A DNA stretch of 64,000 nucleotides from Planctomycetota bacterium (GCA_050248855.1 JBFWRP010000006.1:64001-128000); one strand, 5' to 3'. Positions 8,118 to 17,768 are shown, numbered from the stretch's first letter. Notes: a model not told the origin generated them from the letters alone. Numbers and translations are program-made.

Positions 8118-9290
8118 ATGACGCACTCGGCGCACATGCTGGGTCCCTGGCAGAAGCAGTCCCTGGAGGACGTCCTTCGCCTCTGCCGCGACACGATCGA
8201 GGAGGCCGACTTCTCGGCGGTCGATCGGTGGCGCGCCGCGGGCGGGAAGGTGGCCGGCCACTTCCAGGTCTACTTCCCGTGCGAGCTGGCCCACGCCGCC
8301 GGGATGTTGCCCGTCAAGGTGCGCGGCGCGCCCCTCGAGCCAACGGGCTCGGAGTCCCGCTTCGGCTCCTACCTCTGCTCCATCATCAAGACGTCGCTCG
8401 AGCTGGCCCTGAGCGGCAAGCTCCACCTGGATGCGTTCTTCTCGCATCCGATCTGCGACGCCGCGCGCAACCTCGCCGCCATCTGGGGTCGCAACTTCGA
8501 CTACCCGGCCCAGATCGTCTACCTGCCACAGAACGCGAACTCTGCCGGATCCGCTGCGTATCTGGCCCACGAGTACCGGCGCGTCGCGCGCCTCCTGGGA
8601 GAGATCTCCGGGATCGAGGTCACCGACGAGCGCCTGCGATCCTCGATCCGTCTCTACAACCGCAGTCGCGCTCTCGTGCGGGAGCTCTACGACATCAAGC
8701 GCGACACGCCGTGGAAGGTCAGCGCGGAGGACGGCTACGCGCTCGTCGCGGTGGGCGGGCTGATCCCCGTCGAAGAGCACATCCAGCTGCTCGAGACCGT
8801 GCTCCCGGCCCTGCAGGCGCGCGAGGCCAGCCCCGAGGATCGCGTGCGGGTCGTGTTCGAAGGCGCGTTCTGCGAGCAGCCGCCCTTGGACCTGATCCGA
8901 CTCGTCGGGCGGTCTTGCTACGTCGTGGACGACGATTTCCTGATCGGGCTGCGTTGGATGACGGAGGACGTGCCGACGGACGGGTCGCCGTTTGACGATC
9001 TCGCCGAGTCGTACCTCGAGCGATCCAGCTACAGCCCCGTGCAGCACGACAACCGCAAGCCCAAGGAGAAGATGCTGCTCGACCGTGTGCGACGGGCCCG
9101 CGCCGAAGCGGTCGTCCTCACCGCCGCCAAGATGTGCGAGCCGGGCCTCGAGGAGCAGGTGGCCTACGTGAAGGCCCTCGACAAGGAGCGGGTCCGGTAC
9201 TTCCTCAGCGAGTTCGAGGAGAACGCAACGAGCTTCGGGGCCTTGGAGCTCCAAGTGGAGACGTTCGTCGAGAGCCTGCTCTTCAGCTGA
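8118..9290 (+). CDS. bcrC: Class I benzoyl-CoA reductase subunit C-like (2-hydroxyacyl-CoA dehydratase family)
   Basis: VY.P.E..HAAGMLP, SYLCSI, ICD.ARNL, G.FCEQPPL.LI, DDD, K.CEPGL.EQ, ETF.ES. Confidence 0.8.
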   Translation: MTHSAHMLGPWQKQSLEDVLRLCRDTIEEADFSAVDRWRAAGGKVAGHFQVYFPCELAHAAGMLPVKVRGAPLEPTGSESRFGSYLCSIIKTSLELALSGKLHLDAFFSHPICDAARNLAAIWGRNFDYPAQIVYLPQNANSAGSAAYLAHEYRRVARLLGEISGIEVTDERLRSSIRLYNRSRALVRELYDIKRDTPWKVSAEDGYALVAVGGLIPVEEHIQLLETVLPALQAREASPEDRVRVVFEGAFCEQPPLDLIRLVGRSCYVVDDDFLIGLRWMTEDVPTDGSPFDDLAESYLERSSYSPVQHDNRKPKEKMLLDRVRRARAEAVVLTAAKMCEPGLEEQVAYVKALDKERVRYFLSEFEENATSFGALELQVETFVESLLFS

Positions 9291-9309
9291 GCCGGGAAGG
9301 GATGGACGC

Positions 9310-10602
9310 ATGGAAACGACGGAATCGATCGTAGGCCGAGGCAACCGCGACGGAGCCCGCCTCTTCCGGGAGTGGTTCGACGACCTGCGCCAGGCCGCCG
9401 AGCGCGATGAGCGCGCCGCCTACGTGTTCGTCATGGGGAGCCTCAACGAGCTCCTCACGTCCTTCGACATGCGCGTGACGTTCCCCGAGATCACGTCGCT
9501 GCAGCTGGCCGTGCGACGTGAGGCGCATGAGTACCTGCAAGTCGCCGAGGACCACGGCTACTCGCCCGACATCTGCGGCTACGTCAAGGCGGACGTGGCC
9601 GTGCAGCTCATGAACGGCGAGCACCCGATGGGCCGCATCCCGAAGCCCTCGATGGCGGTCTACACGAACGCCTGCAACACGTACGTCAAGTGGGCCGAGA
9701 TCTGGGAGCGCATGTACGGCATTCCCATCTTCACGCTCGACGTGCCGGGGCACCGCCAGCTGGGCGTCCATACGCGCCCCGGGGACGAAGCCTTCGAGTC
9801 CGATCGACGGTATGTCGAGACGCAGATCCGTGAGCTGATTCCGCTTTGCGAGAGGGTCACGGGGCACCGCTTCGACATCGATCGTCTCCGCGAGTCGATG
9901 GGCCAAGCCAACACCATGAGCCGCGCGTGGACCCGCATCCTCGAGCTCAATGCGGCCCATCCCTCGGTCTTCAACGCGCTGACCGACGGCACCATCTACC
10001 TCGGCGTGGCCAATGCCCTGCGCGGAACGCCTCAAGGGGCCCGCTACTTCGAAGACCTCGTGGAGGAGATGGAGACGAAGGCCGCCAGCGGGATCGGCAC
10101 GTTGACGGACGAGAAGCACCGCCTCGCCTTCGTGGGCGTGCCTTGCTACCCGATCTTCCGCCGCTTCAACGAGCTGTTCAGCGAGTGGGGAGGCACGTTC
10201 GTGATCTCCACCTACCTCTGGTTCGCGTCGGGGGGATCCAACCGCGGCTACGAGTACGACCTGTCCGACCCCCTGCGCAGCCTCTCCGAGGGCTTGCTGC
10301 TGGGCGTCCGCGACGCGATGGACTCGATGTTCGACCAGACCACGATGATCCGCGACTCCATCGACCGGTTCGGCATCGATGGGGTGGTGTACCACCCGAT
10401 CAAGAGCTGCCGCACGGTCTCGACGGGTCTGGCGGACAGCCGCCGCGCGCTGCTCAAGGACCGTGACATCGCCACCTTGTTCATCGAGAGCGACATGATG
10501 GATCGGCGCGTGGTGTCCGAGGCGCAGCTGAAGAACCGCATCGATGCCTTCTTCGAGGGACTGATCTCGCGCAAGCGGCACGTGGGCGTAGGAGACCTCT
10601 GA
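9310..10602 (+). CDS. bcrB: Class I benzoyl-CoA reductase subunit B-like
   Basis: FV.G.LNEL...FD....[48 protein letters not shown]. Confidence 0.82.
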   Translation: METTESIVGRGNRDGARLFREWFDDLRQAAERDERAAYVFVMGSLNELLTSFDMRVTFPEITSLQLAVRREAHEYLQVAEDHGYSPDICGYVKADVAVQLMNGEHPMGRIPKPSMAVYTNACNTYVKWAEIWERMYGIPIFTLDVPGHRQLGVHTRPGDEAFESDRRYVETQIRELIPLCERVTGHRFDIDRLRESMGQANTMSRAWTRILELNAAHPSVFNALTDGTIYLGVANALRGTPQGARYFEDLVEEMETKAASGIGTLTDEKHRLAFVGVPCYPIFRRFNELFSEWGGTFVISTYLWFASGGSNRGYEYDLSDPLRSLSEGLLLGVRDAMDSMFDQTTMIRDSIDRFGIDGVVYHPIKSCRTVSTGLADSRRALLKDRDIATLFIESDMMDRRVVSEAQLKNRIDAFFEGLISRKRHVGVGDL

Positions 10603-11429
10603 TGGCGTACGCAGCTGGCGTGGATGTCGGGTCGACGCAAACCAAGGCGGCGATCGTGGACGAGAGGGGTCGCATCGTGGCGCGGAGTCTCACCGAGACG
10701 GGCGCCAACGTCGTGCAGGCGGCCGAGAGCGCGTTCCGGATGGCACTGGACGATGGGGACCTGCGGGAGGAAGAGGTCGAGTACGTGATCGGCACCGGCT
10801 ACGGCAGATATCGCGTGACGTTCGGAAACGACCAGGTCACCGAGATCAGCTGTCACGCGCGAGGCGCGGTGCACGCTTTCCCCGGCACGCGAACCGTCGT
10901 GGACATGGGGGGGCAGGACACGAAGGCCATTCGCGTGGCGCCGACCGGAGAGGTGCTGGACTTCTGCATGAACGACAAGTGCGCAGCGGGGACCGGGCGG
11001 TTCCTGGGCGCTGCCGCGGCGGCCTTGGGCATTCCCCTCTCCGAGCTGGGCGCCAAGGCCCTCGAGTCGACGCGGCCCGTGAAGATCAGCACCACCTGTA
11101 CGGTGTTCGCCGAGTCCGAGGTCCTCTCGTGGCTGGGCAAGGGCAAGAAGATCGAGGACATCCTCTGGGGTGTCCACACCTCCATCGCCCTGCGCTCCGC
11201 GGGGTTGATGCAGCGGGTCGGCATCGACGACGAAGTCACGTTTACCGGGGGCGTTTCCCGCAACCCCGCAGTCGTCGAGGCACTCGAGCAGAAGATCCAC
11301 AAGAAGCTGAACGTCAGCGAGGAGTGTCACTACCTGGGTGCAGTCGGCGCGGCCCTGTTCGCCCTGGACCACATCCTCGCGAGTCGTGCAGGCCGCGCAG
11401 ATCGCGCGGCGGAGGGGGTGCAGGGATGA
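10602..11429 (+). CDS. bcrA: Benzoyl-CoA reductase ATP-binding activator subunit (BcrA/BzdQ-like, short form)
   Basis: ASKHA motifs [54 protein letters not shown]. Confidence 0.8.
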   Translation: MAYAAGVDVGSTQTKAAIVDERGRIVARSLTETGANVVQAAESAFRMALDDGDLREEEVEYVIGTGYGRYRVTFGNDQVTEISCHARGAVHAFPGTRTVVDMGGQDTKAIRVAPTGEVLDFCMNDKCAAGTGRFLGAAAAALGIPLSELGAKALESTRPVKISTTCTVFAESEVLSWLGKGKKIEDILWGVHTSIALRSAGLMQRVGIDDEVTFTGGVSRNPAVVEALEQKIHKKLNVSEECHYLGAVGAALFALDHILASRAGRADRAAEGVQG

Positions 11430-12235
11430 TCACCGCCGGCATCGACGTGGGCTCGACGTACACCAAGGGCATCTTGCTGGGTGAGCACGGGGAGCTTCTG
11501 GCACGCAGGGTCAAGCCTACGGGCTTCCGTCTCGCCGAGGTCGCCAAGCAGGTGCTGGGCGAGTGCCTGGAGGAGGCACGTCTGCGCCGCAAGGACTGCT
11601 CCTATGTGGTCGCCACGGGCATTGGCCGTCACCAGGTGGAGTTCAAGGACGTGGCCGTCACGGACCTCACGGCAGCGGCGCGAGGCGCGCACCACCAGTT
11701 CCCCGGAACGCGCACCGTCCTCGACATCGGTGGCCAGACCATGAAGGCCAGTCGCCTTGACGAGAGCGGGGCCGTGATCGCCTTCCGCGTCAACGACAAG
11801 TGTGCTGCCGGCACGGGGGCCTTCCTCGAGAAGACGGCGCGCTACATGGGTTTCAGCACGGACGAGATCGGCCCCTTGCTCACGACGTCGCGCGAGGCGG
11901 TCACGATCTCGGGGGTGTGCGCCGTGTTCGCCGAGTCCGAGGTCATCAACCACCTGTCGCTCGGCACGCCTCCGGGCGACGTGATGCAGGGCGCCATCGA
12001 GTCCCTGACGACGCGCTCCGTGCAGCTGATGAAGCGCGCCGGCGCGGAGCCCGAGTTCACGCTCGTGGGCGGGATCCTGAAGTTCGACACCATGGCACGT
12101 ACCGTGGAACGGAGCCTCGAGCACGCCGTGAACGTCCCGGCCGATGGCATGTGCCAGCTCACGGCCGCCTTGGGGGCCGCGCTGCTCGGACAGCAGCGTG
12201 TGACCCGCCTACAGACGACGGAGCGTGCGGGGTGA
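11426..12235 (+). CDS. bcrD: Benzoyl-CoA reductase ATP-binding activator subunit (BcrD/BzdP-like)
   Basis: [19 protein letters not shown]...[36 protein letters not shown] overlap with the previous gene. Confidence 0.8.
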   Translation: MITAGIDVGSTYTKGILLGEHGELLARRVKPTGFRLAEVAKQVLGECLEEARLRRKDCSYVVATGIGRHQVEFKDVAVTDLTAAARGAHHQFPGTRTVLDIGGQTMKASRLDESGAVIAFRVNDKCAAGTGAFLEKTARYMGFSTDEIGPLLTTSREAVTISGVCAVFAESEVINHLSLGTPPGDVMQGAIESLTTRSVQLMKRAGAEPEFTLVGGILKFDTMARTVERSLEHAVNVPADGMCQLTAALGAALLGQQRVTRLQTTERAG

Positions 12236-12882
12236 CCGAGGGGCCCACCCGCGTGCGCTCTGCCGAGGCGCTCGTCGCAGCCGGCTGGACGCGGCGCTTC
12301 CTGGCCGACCCCGAGCGGGCCAGGGAGGCCGTGGAGACCTATGGCGCCTTGGGGTTCGACGTACGGGCGGAGCCGCTCGCCCCGGCAGACTTCGACGAAG
12401 CCTGCTTCCACTGCAGCGAGTCCGTCTGCAGCGCCTACGTGATGATCTACACCCGGGAGCGAGCCGGCGGAGGTACGCGCATGCAGACGCTCCAACCTGC
12501 GGGCTGGCCCCGGCCCAAGGGCTACGCCGACGGTGTGCTCGCCCGCGGTAGCTGGCTCTGCGTAGCCGGCCAGGTCGGCTGGGACGAGAACGAGGTCTTC
12601 CAAGCGCAGGACCTCGTCGGCCAGGCGCGCCAGGCCCTTGCCAACATCGTCGCCGTGCTCGCGGCCGGCGGCGCCAAGCCGGAGCATCTGGTCCGGCTCA
12701 CGTGGTACGTGACGGACAAGGACGCCTACCTCGGGGCCCAGGCCGAGCTTGGTCAGGTCTACCGCGAGGTCATCGGGAGGCACTACCCGGCCATGTCGCT
12801 GGTCGTCGTCGCCGGCCTCGTCGAGGACGGGGCCTTGGTCGAGATCGAGGCCACGGCTGTCGTGCCCGAGGAGGTCGCATGA
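12232..12882 (+). CDS. Small CxxC-containing uncharacterised domain fused in frame to a RidA-family enamine/imine deaminase (RidA part 12481-12882)
   Basis: GTG 12232 overlaps the bcrD stop; GW.RRF..D....E..E.Y..LGF.V...C..C...IYTR, then LQP.GWPRPKGY..G, AGQ.GWD, YPAMSLV.V.GLVE..A.VEIEATA; internal GGAGGT RBS before ATG 12481. Confidence 0.75.
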   Translation: MTEGPTRVRSAEALVAAGWTRRFLADPERAREAVETYGALGFDVRAEPLAPADFDEACFHCSESVCSAYVMIYTRERAGGGTRMQTLQPAGWPRPKGYADGVLARGSWLCVAGQVGWDENEVFQAQDLVGQARQALANIVAVLAAGGAKPEHLVRLTWYVTDKDAYLGAQAELGQVYREVIGRHYPAMSLVVVAGLVEDGALVEIEATAVVPEEVA

Positions 12883-13658
12883 GCATGCAGCAGGCAGATG
12901 GAACCGTCCGCGTTCGTCGCGCACACGACGACCGGGTCGTCGTCCTCACGCTGGACGCCCCCAAGGCCAACGTGCTGGATGCCAACATGGTCGCGGGGCT
13001 CGTGGCGGCCCTGGACCAGGAGGTCTCGCCGGCAACCCGCCTGCTCGTCTTCGAGGGTGCGGGTCAACACTTCTCGTTCGGGGCGAGCGTCGAGGAGCAC
13101 CGTCCCGACCAAGTCGCCTCGCTTCTCGAGGGCTTCCACGGCCTGTTCCGCAAGCTCGCCCAGCTGGCCGTGCCGACGTGCGCCGTCGTTCGTGGCCAGT
13201 GCCTCGGCGGAGGCCTCGAGCTCGCGTCCTGGTGCACCTGGATCGCAGCGACGCCCGACGCCCGCCTGGGACAACCCGAGATCAAGCTCGCCATGTTCCC
13301 TCCCATGGCCTCCCTGCTGCTTCCGTGGCGGGTCGGCGGCGCTGCCGGGCTGGACCTCTGTGTGTCGGGGAGGTCCGTCACGGCAGACGAGGCACGCGCG
13401 ATGGGCCTCGTGAACGTCGTGACGGACGAACCCGAGGCGTGGTGGCAGGGCCTCGTCATCGACCACTTGGCCAAGACCAGTGCGATGGCGCTCCGCCACG
13501 CGGAGCGGGCCGCCCGTAGCACGCTCCTGCGTCAGATCGACGAAGAGCTTCCGCGCCTCGAGCGGAGGTTCATCGACGAGCTGATGCAGACCCACGATGC
13601 CAACGAGGGCATCGAGGCGTTCGTCGCCCGACGCGCCCCCGTGTACCTCGACCGCTAG
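12879..13658 (+). CDS. dch: Cyclohexa-1,5-dienecarbonyl-CoA hydratase (crotonase family)
   Basis: L..PKANVLD..M, G.HFSFGASVEEH, VRGQCLGGGLEL, LGQPEIKL..FPP.AS, L..LE..Y/F..ELM.T.DA.EG..AF. Confidence 0.88.
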   Translation: MSMQQADGTVRVRRAHDDRVVVLTLDAPKANVLDANMVAGLVAALDQEVSPATRLLVFEGAGQHFSFGASVEEHRPDQVASLLEGFHGLFRKLAQLAVPTCAVVRGQCLGGGLELASWCTWIAATPDARLGQPEIKLAMFPPMASLLLPWRVGGAAGLDLCVSGRSVTADEARAMGLVNVVTDEPEAWWQGLVIDHLAKTSAMALRHAERAARSTLLRQIDEELPRLERRFIDELMQTHDANEGIEAFVARRAPVYLDR

Positions 13659-13667
13659 GAGACCCCG

Positions 13668-14528
13668 ATGTCCTCAGGAACCGTTGACTGCCTGTTTCCC
13701 CTCTTGCTGAAGGAGTGGAAGAAGAGCTGGGTCGAGGCCACCAACTCGCCCGGCGAGCTCAAGTGCCAGGTCGAGCAGGCGTGGGGGGATGGATACGCAA
13801 GCGGCGAGGAGCTGATCGCCCAGATGGATGCCGCGGGCATCGAGACGGTCCTCGTGACGGACCTCCTCGCGTGGTCGTACACGCGTCAGCAGCGCTTCGC
13901 CCTGGACATGACCGATCGCATCGCCGAGCTGACGCGCAAGTACCCGGGGCGCATCTACGGTCTTGCCGACTACGACCCGTTCCGCATCGGGCCGAGCCTT
14001 GCGAAGCTCGAACGTGACGTGACGGAGCACGAGTACAAAGGTGTCTACGTCCACATCTACGGCTACGACATCGGGCTGGACCACCGCAAGATGTACCCGC
14101 TGTACGCCAAGTGCGAGGAGATGGGTGTACCGGTCTCGATGCAGGTAGGGCACGTCTTGGAGGCCATGCCCAGCGAGCATGGCAGGCCCATCCAGCTGGA
14201 CCGGATCGCGTGCGATTTCCCGAACCTGACCCTGATCGGCACCCATACGGGGTACCCCTGGGTCGACGAGATGCTGGCGGTTGCGGGCAAGTGGCCCAAC
14301 GTCTACGTGAACACGAGTGCCTGGCTCCCGAAGTACTTCGGCCCGTCCCTGGTCCGCTTCATGAGCGGTCGGGGAACGCACGGCAAGGTGCTCTTCGGTA
14401 CGAACGGGCTCGACTGGACGCGCTACCTGCAGGAGTTCGAGCGTCTCGGCATTCCGGAGGACTACGCGCACGCGATCCTCTGCCAGAACCCTCGGCGCGT
14501 GCACGGGCTCCCGGCGCTCGTGCCTTGA
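13668..14528 (+). CDS. Amidohydrolase_2-family protein, atypical metal motifs
   Basis: L...MD.AGI, YP.R..G, MYPLYAKC.E.GVPV..QVGH, LD.IA.DFP.L.LIG.H.G.PW..E, K.PNVY...SA..P.Y, KVLFGTN. Confidence 0.8.
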   Translation: MSSGTVDCLFPLLLKEWKKSWVEATNSPGELKCQVEQAWGDGYASGEELIAQMDAAGIETVLVTDLLAWSYTRQQRFALDMTDRIAELTRKYPGRIYGLADYDPFRIGPSLAKLERDVTEHEYKGVYVHIYGYDIGLDHRKMYPLYAKCEEMGVPVSMQVGHVLEAMPSEHGRPIQLDRIACDFPNLTLIGTHTGYPWVDEMLAVAGKWPNVYVNTSAWLPKYFGPSLVRFMSGRGTHGKVLFGTNGLDWTRYLQEFERLGIPEDYAHAILCQNPRRVHGLPALVP

Positions 14529-14565
14529 GCACGATCGTGCGTGCCGCTGGCGAGGGAGTCGCTGC

Positions 14566-15852
14566 ATGAGGATCGACGCACCTGCGGCTCGGATCGAGGA
14601 CGGGCGCGTCAACCCTGGCTACGTCAAGCTCGACTTGTTCTGCCGGGGCCTGCGCGTGGACCCCGCGGTCGAGCTGGGCGAGGGCCGTGGGCCCCTGCGC
14701 ATGCGCTCCGGGCTCGGCAGCGGCCTGGAGCTGCGCCTGCCGGGTCCTCAGCGAATCCACGTGAACGCGCCTGTGGTCGAGCCCTTCGCGCACAGCAGCC
14801 CCTATGTCCTGGTTCCTGCTCCTCGGAGCCGAGCCGGGGCGGGCCTCGCGCTCGAGTACGAAGGCCGGTTCTTGATGGACGTCGCGCTGCCGCCTCAGCC
14901 CCGCTTCCGCGAAGCCACGACGACGCGGGGGCGGCGCATGGGCAGCATCGGCGTCATGCAGGGCACCTACCTGGGTGTCTACTTCGGACCGACGTGCGCG
15001 AACTGGAAGTCCCCCGCGCGGGACATCTGTCGCTTCTGCTCGGTGGGGGACAACGTCGCAAGCGGTGACGAGACCACAGACAAGACCGTCGAGGACGTGG
15101 TGGAGACCGCCCTGGCGGCGCGCGACGAGCTCGGGATCACCTTCGTCCACGTCAACGGTGGGTACGACGATCGCGGCAGCTACGTGGCGCGGTACGTCCC
15201 TCTGGTCGAGGCGCTTCGCCGGCGCACGGGACTCCTCGTGGGGCTCCAGATCCCGCCGCTCTCCAGCGTCGAGGCGTACCGGGCCCTCGCACGGGCAGGC
15301 GTGGACAACCTCTCCCTCTGCTTCGAGCTCTGGGACGAGGCCCGGTTCGGGGAGGTCTGTCCGGGCAAGGCCCGTCGCACGCCCCTGGCAGCGTTCCGCG
15401 ATGCGCTGGCGTGGTGCGTGCGGGACGTCGGGTTCGCCACGGTCAACGGCGAGATGATCGCGGGCCTGGAGAGCGTCGCGTCGAGCCGCGCCGCCGTCGA
15501 CTGGCTGGTCGAGCTGGGGGCCGTGCCCACCGTGTGCGTCTTCCGGCCGGTCGTCGGCACGCCGCTGCAGGACCGGGCGCCTCCTGCCACCGAGGAGCTT
15601 GCGCCCTTGTTCGCCCATGCCTGGCACCGCGTGATCGCACGCGGGCTGCCGGTGGGGATCGCACCCGGCATCCATGTGTCGATCGTCCTCACACCCGAGG
15701 AGTGGCGGTGGCTGGTCCCTCCGGCCGAGCGCAGCCGGCACCGCCTGCCCAGGCTGAGGCTCGCGGCCCTGCGCAGCGGCTACCGCGCGATGCGCCGGGT
15801 GCGCGGGATGATGCGCCCTGGGCCGATTCGGCCACGGCGTTCGAGCTGCTGA
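14566..15852 (+). CDS. Radical SAM protein with extended Cys motif (biotin-synthase-like/MSMEG_0568-like)
   Basis: C-X10-C-XX-C (TCANWKSPARDICRFC), E.WD...F...CPGK, .I.GLE, G..P.V..FRP..GT.L. Confidence 0.72.
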   Translation: MRIDAPAARIEDGRVNPGYVKLDLFCRGLRVDPAVELGEGRGPLRMRSGLGSGLELRLPGPQRIHVNAPVVEPFAHSSPYVLVPAPRSRAGAGLALEYEGRFLMDVALPPQPRFREATTTRGRRMGSIGVMQGTYLGVYFGPTCANWKSPARDICRFCSVGDNVASGDETTDKTVEDVVETALAARDELGITFVHVNGGYDDRGSYVARYVPLVEALRRRTGLLVGLQIPPLSSVEAYRALARAGVDNLSLCFELWDEARFGEVCPGKARRTPLAAFRDALAWCVRDVGFATVNGEMIAGLESVASSRAAVDWLVELGAVPTVCVFRPVVGTPLQDRAPPATEELAPLFAHAWHRVIARGLPVGIAPGIHVSIVLTPEEWRWLVPPAERSRHRLPRLRLAALRSGYRAMRRVRGMMRPGPIRPRRSSC

Positions 15853-15911
15853 TCGTCCGCGCTGGCGAGCAGACCACGCTCAAGCGCTGACCCCGGAGTG
15901 CGCACACGGAT

Positions 15912-15969
15912 GTGTCAGAACCCTTGCCGCGGAGTGGCGAAGCCGCGACGTGGGCAAGGTGTCTGACAC
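15912..15969. repeat. Intergenic inverted repeat with central GCGAAGC minihairpin
   Basis: Arms gtgtcagaacccttgcc / ggcaaggtgtctgacac match at 15 of 17 positions; related element at 24661-24710. Confidence 0.6.
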
Positions 15970-16022
15970 GGTGGGTGCGCGCTCCGACGGCCGAGGGGCG
16001 CCGCACTGCGGTGTCAGTTGGA

Positions 16023-16148
16023 CATGCCGGCGGGAAAGCCCGTCCGGAGGCGGGGATTCCTTCCGCAACTTGTTGATGGGCAATTCCGCAGGCGCAAGAG
16101 CAGGGCGGCAACTTGCGGAAGAAATCCCCGCCACCCTGCCGCGTCTCC
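16023..16148 (+). repeat. REP-doublet-like palindromic element, family 1, degenerate copy
   Basis: Near-identical to 24782-24906 (minus) and 37566-37687; arms GT.CGGAGGCGGGGA...TTCCGCAACTTG ... CAA.TTGCGGAAGAAATCCCCGCC. Confidence 0.8.
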
Positions 16149-16216
16149 GCGCGGCTCCTGCCGCGGGGCCGTCGTCGTGCCAGCGGAACCGCGATCCTCA
16201 TGGCATGGTTTCCCTC

Positions 16217-16441
16217 ATGCAGACCACGCTCGAGATCGAGGGCGCAACGATGCGTCGGCTGACTGCCGAGGCGCGCCGGCAGGGGCGGACCGTGTCGGAG
16301 CTGGCGGAGGTCGCCTTCCGGCAGTTCCTGCAATCCGTGGCCACGCAGGCCCACCTCCCTGACCTACCGCGATTCCGCGGCGGACGGTTGCTCGTCGACC
16401 TGGGTGACCGGGATCGGCTCTACAGGGCGATGGAAGAGTGA
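16217..16441 (+). CDS. Ribbon-helix-helix antitoxin-like (VapB/CopG) protein, no adjacent toxin
   Basis: MQTTLEI....M..L..EA.RQGRT.SEL.E...R..L....LP.LP.F.GG..LVD..DRD.LY.AME matches the pattern of VapB-type antitoxins. Confidence 0.65.
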   Translation: MQTTLEIEGATMRRLTAEARRQGRTVSELAEVAFRQFLQSVATQAHLPDLPRFRGGRLLVDLGDRDRLYRAMEE

Positions 16442-16553
16442 GCAGAGCGCAACGCGCTCAGGAACCAACTGACGAACGAGTCGACCGCCGAGGCGCCTCG
16501 CGTTGCCGCTCTCGCGGCGCCGCGGCGCCGGATCACGCAGCTCCTCCGCGTGT

Positions 16554-17768
16554 CTACATCCCCGCGGCGACCGGGTCGAAGGGCGTGGCGGGGTCGTCGA
16601 TGCGCGGTTGGCGGGCGAGTGCGTCGGACACGACGATGCCGCCGCAGCCCATGAGGTAGCCGCCGCCGATCGAGGGCAGCAGGACGAGCTCGCCACCTTG
16701 GATGCGCTGCTCGGGCCGCTCGTCCACGGCCACGACCTTGCCGTCCCCGTCCAGCCGGCGCTCCATGTTGCCGACGCGCAGGCCGTGGTCCAGCGCGACG
16801 AGGTTGCTCGCGGCCGAGATGTTGCCGTAACGGTAGATCGTGCGGACCACGCGCTCGGGAGCGAGCTTCAGCTCCTTGGCCACGCCGTCCAGGATCCGGC
16901 CGTTGGCTTGGTGCGGCACCACGCGAGCACTCGCGAGCGTGTCCATCAGCCCGGATGTCTCGGCCTTGATGTCGCTCTCTTCGTAGCCCAAGGCTTTCGC
17001 CGCGCACACCGCCATGCGCTTGACGGCCATGCGCAGTACGGAGGGTCCGCCCTCCATCTCGACGAGCGCCTGCTCGACCAGCTTCACGCCCGGCTGCACC
17101 TGCTTCTCGGGGAAGGCCCCGAGGTCCACCGGGACGTTGCTGTTGGCCAAGTGGATGTTGCGAGCCGAGTACTCGAAGCCCAGCTGCGGGGGCAGCATGC
17201 CGTCGGAGCCGTTGGCGTCGCCGCGGGAGACCACGACGGCGCCGGCGCCGTCGCCGAAGAGGATCGCCGTGACGGGGTCGTGGAAGTTGAGCGCTTGGCT
17301 GCCCGTCTCGGCACCGATCACGAGCACGTGCTCGTACACGCCCGTGGCCACGAGCCCGTAGGCCATGCCCATCCCGTAGATCGAGCCGGCGCACGCGGCC
17401 ATCAGCATGACGACGCCGGCGTTCGTGCAGCCCAGCGCTTGCGCCACCACGCAGTGGTCGCCGGGGATCATCTCGCTGGGCGTGAACGTGGCGTAGGCCA
17501 CGAGGCCGATGTCCTTGGGGTCGACGCCCGCCGAGGCCAGGGCGCGCTCCGCGGCGATGCGCGCGAGGTCCGAAGTGCGGCCGCCGGGGCCGGCAAACCG
17601 GCGCTGGTTGATGTGGGTCATCTGGTCAACCCACTCGCTGAAGTCGCCGGAGCGCTCGGCGTCGTAGCCCTTGACGATCCGCGAGAGGGTCGGGTTGTCC
17701 ACGACCCCCGGGGGCATGTACGAGCCGGTGCCGGACACGCGGACCAGGGGGTTGGGCTCGATGCGCAC
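16554..17768 (-). CDS. fabH: 3-oxoacyl-ACP synthase III family protein
   Basis: GTGSY.P, AACAG (Cys), ILFGDGAGA, PHQAN (His), YGN.SAAS (Asn); GGAGGAGG RBS before GTG 17768. Confidence 0.85.
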   Translation of the reverse strand: MRIEPNPLVRVSGTGSYMPPGVVDNPTLSRIVKGYDAERSGDFSEWVDQMTHINQRRFAGPGGRTSDLARIAAERALASAGVDPKDIGLVAYATFTPSEMIPGDHCVVAQALGCTNAGVVMLMAACAGSIYGMGMAYGLVATGVYEHVLVIGAETGSQALNFHDPVTAILFGDGAGAVVVSRGDANGSDGMLPPQLGFEYSARNIHLANSNVPVDLGAFPEKQVQPGVKLVEQALVEMEGGPSVLRMAVKRMAVCAAKALGYEESDIKAETSGLMDTLASARVVPHQANGRILDGVAKELKLAPERVVRTIYRYGNISAASNLVALDHGLRVGNMERRLDGDGKVVAVDERPEQRIQGGELVLLPSIGGGYLMGCGGIVVSDALARQPRIDDPATPFDPVAAGM

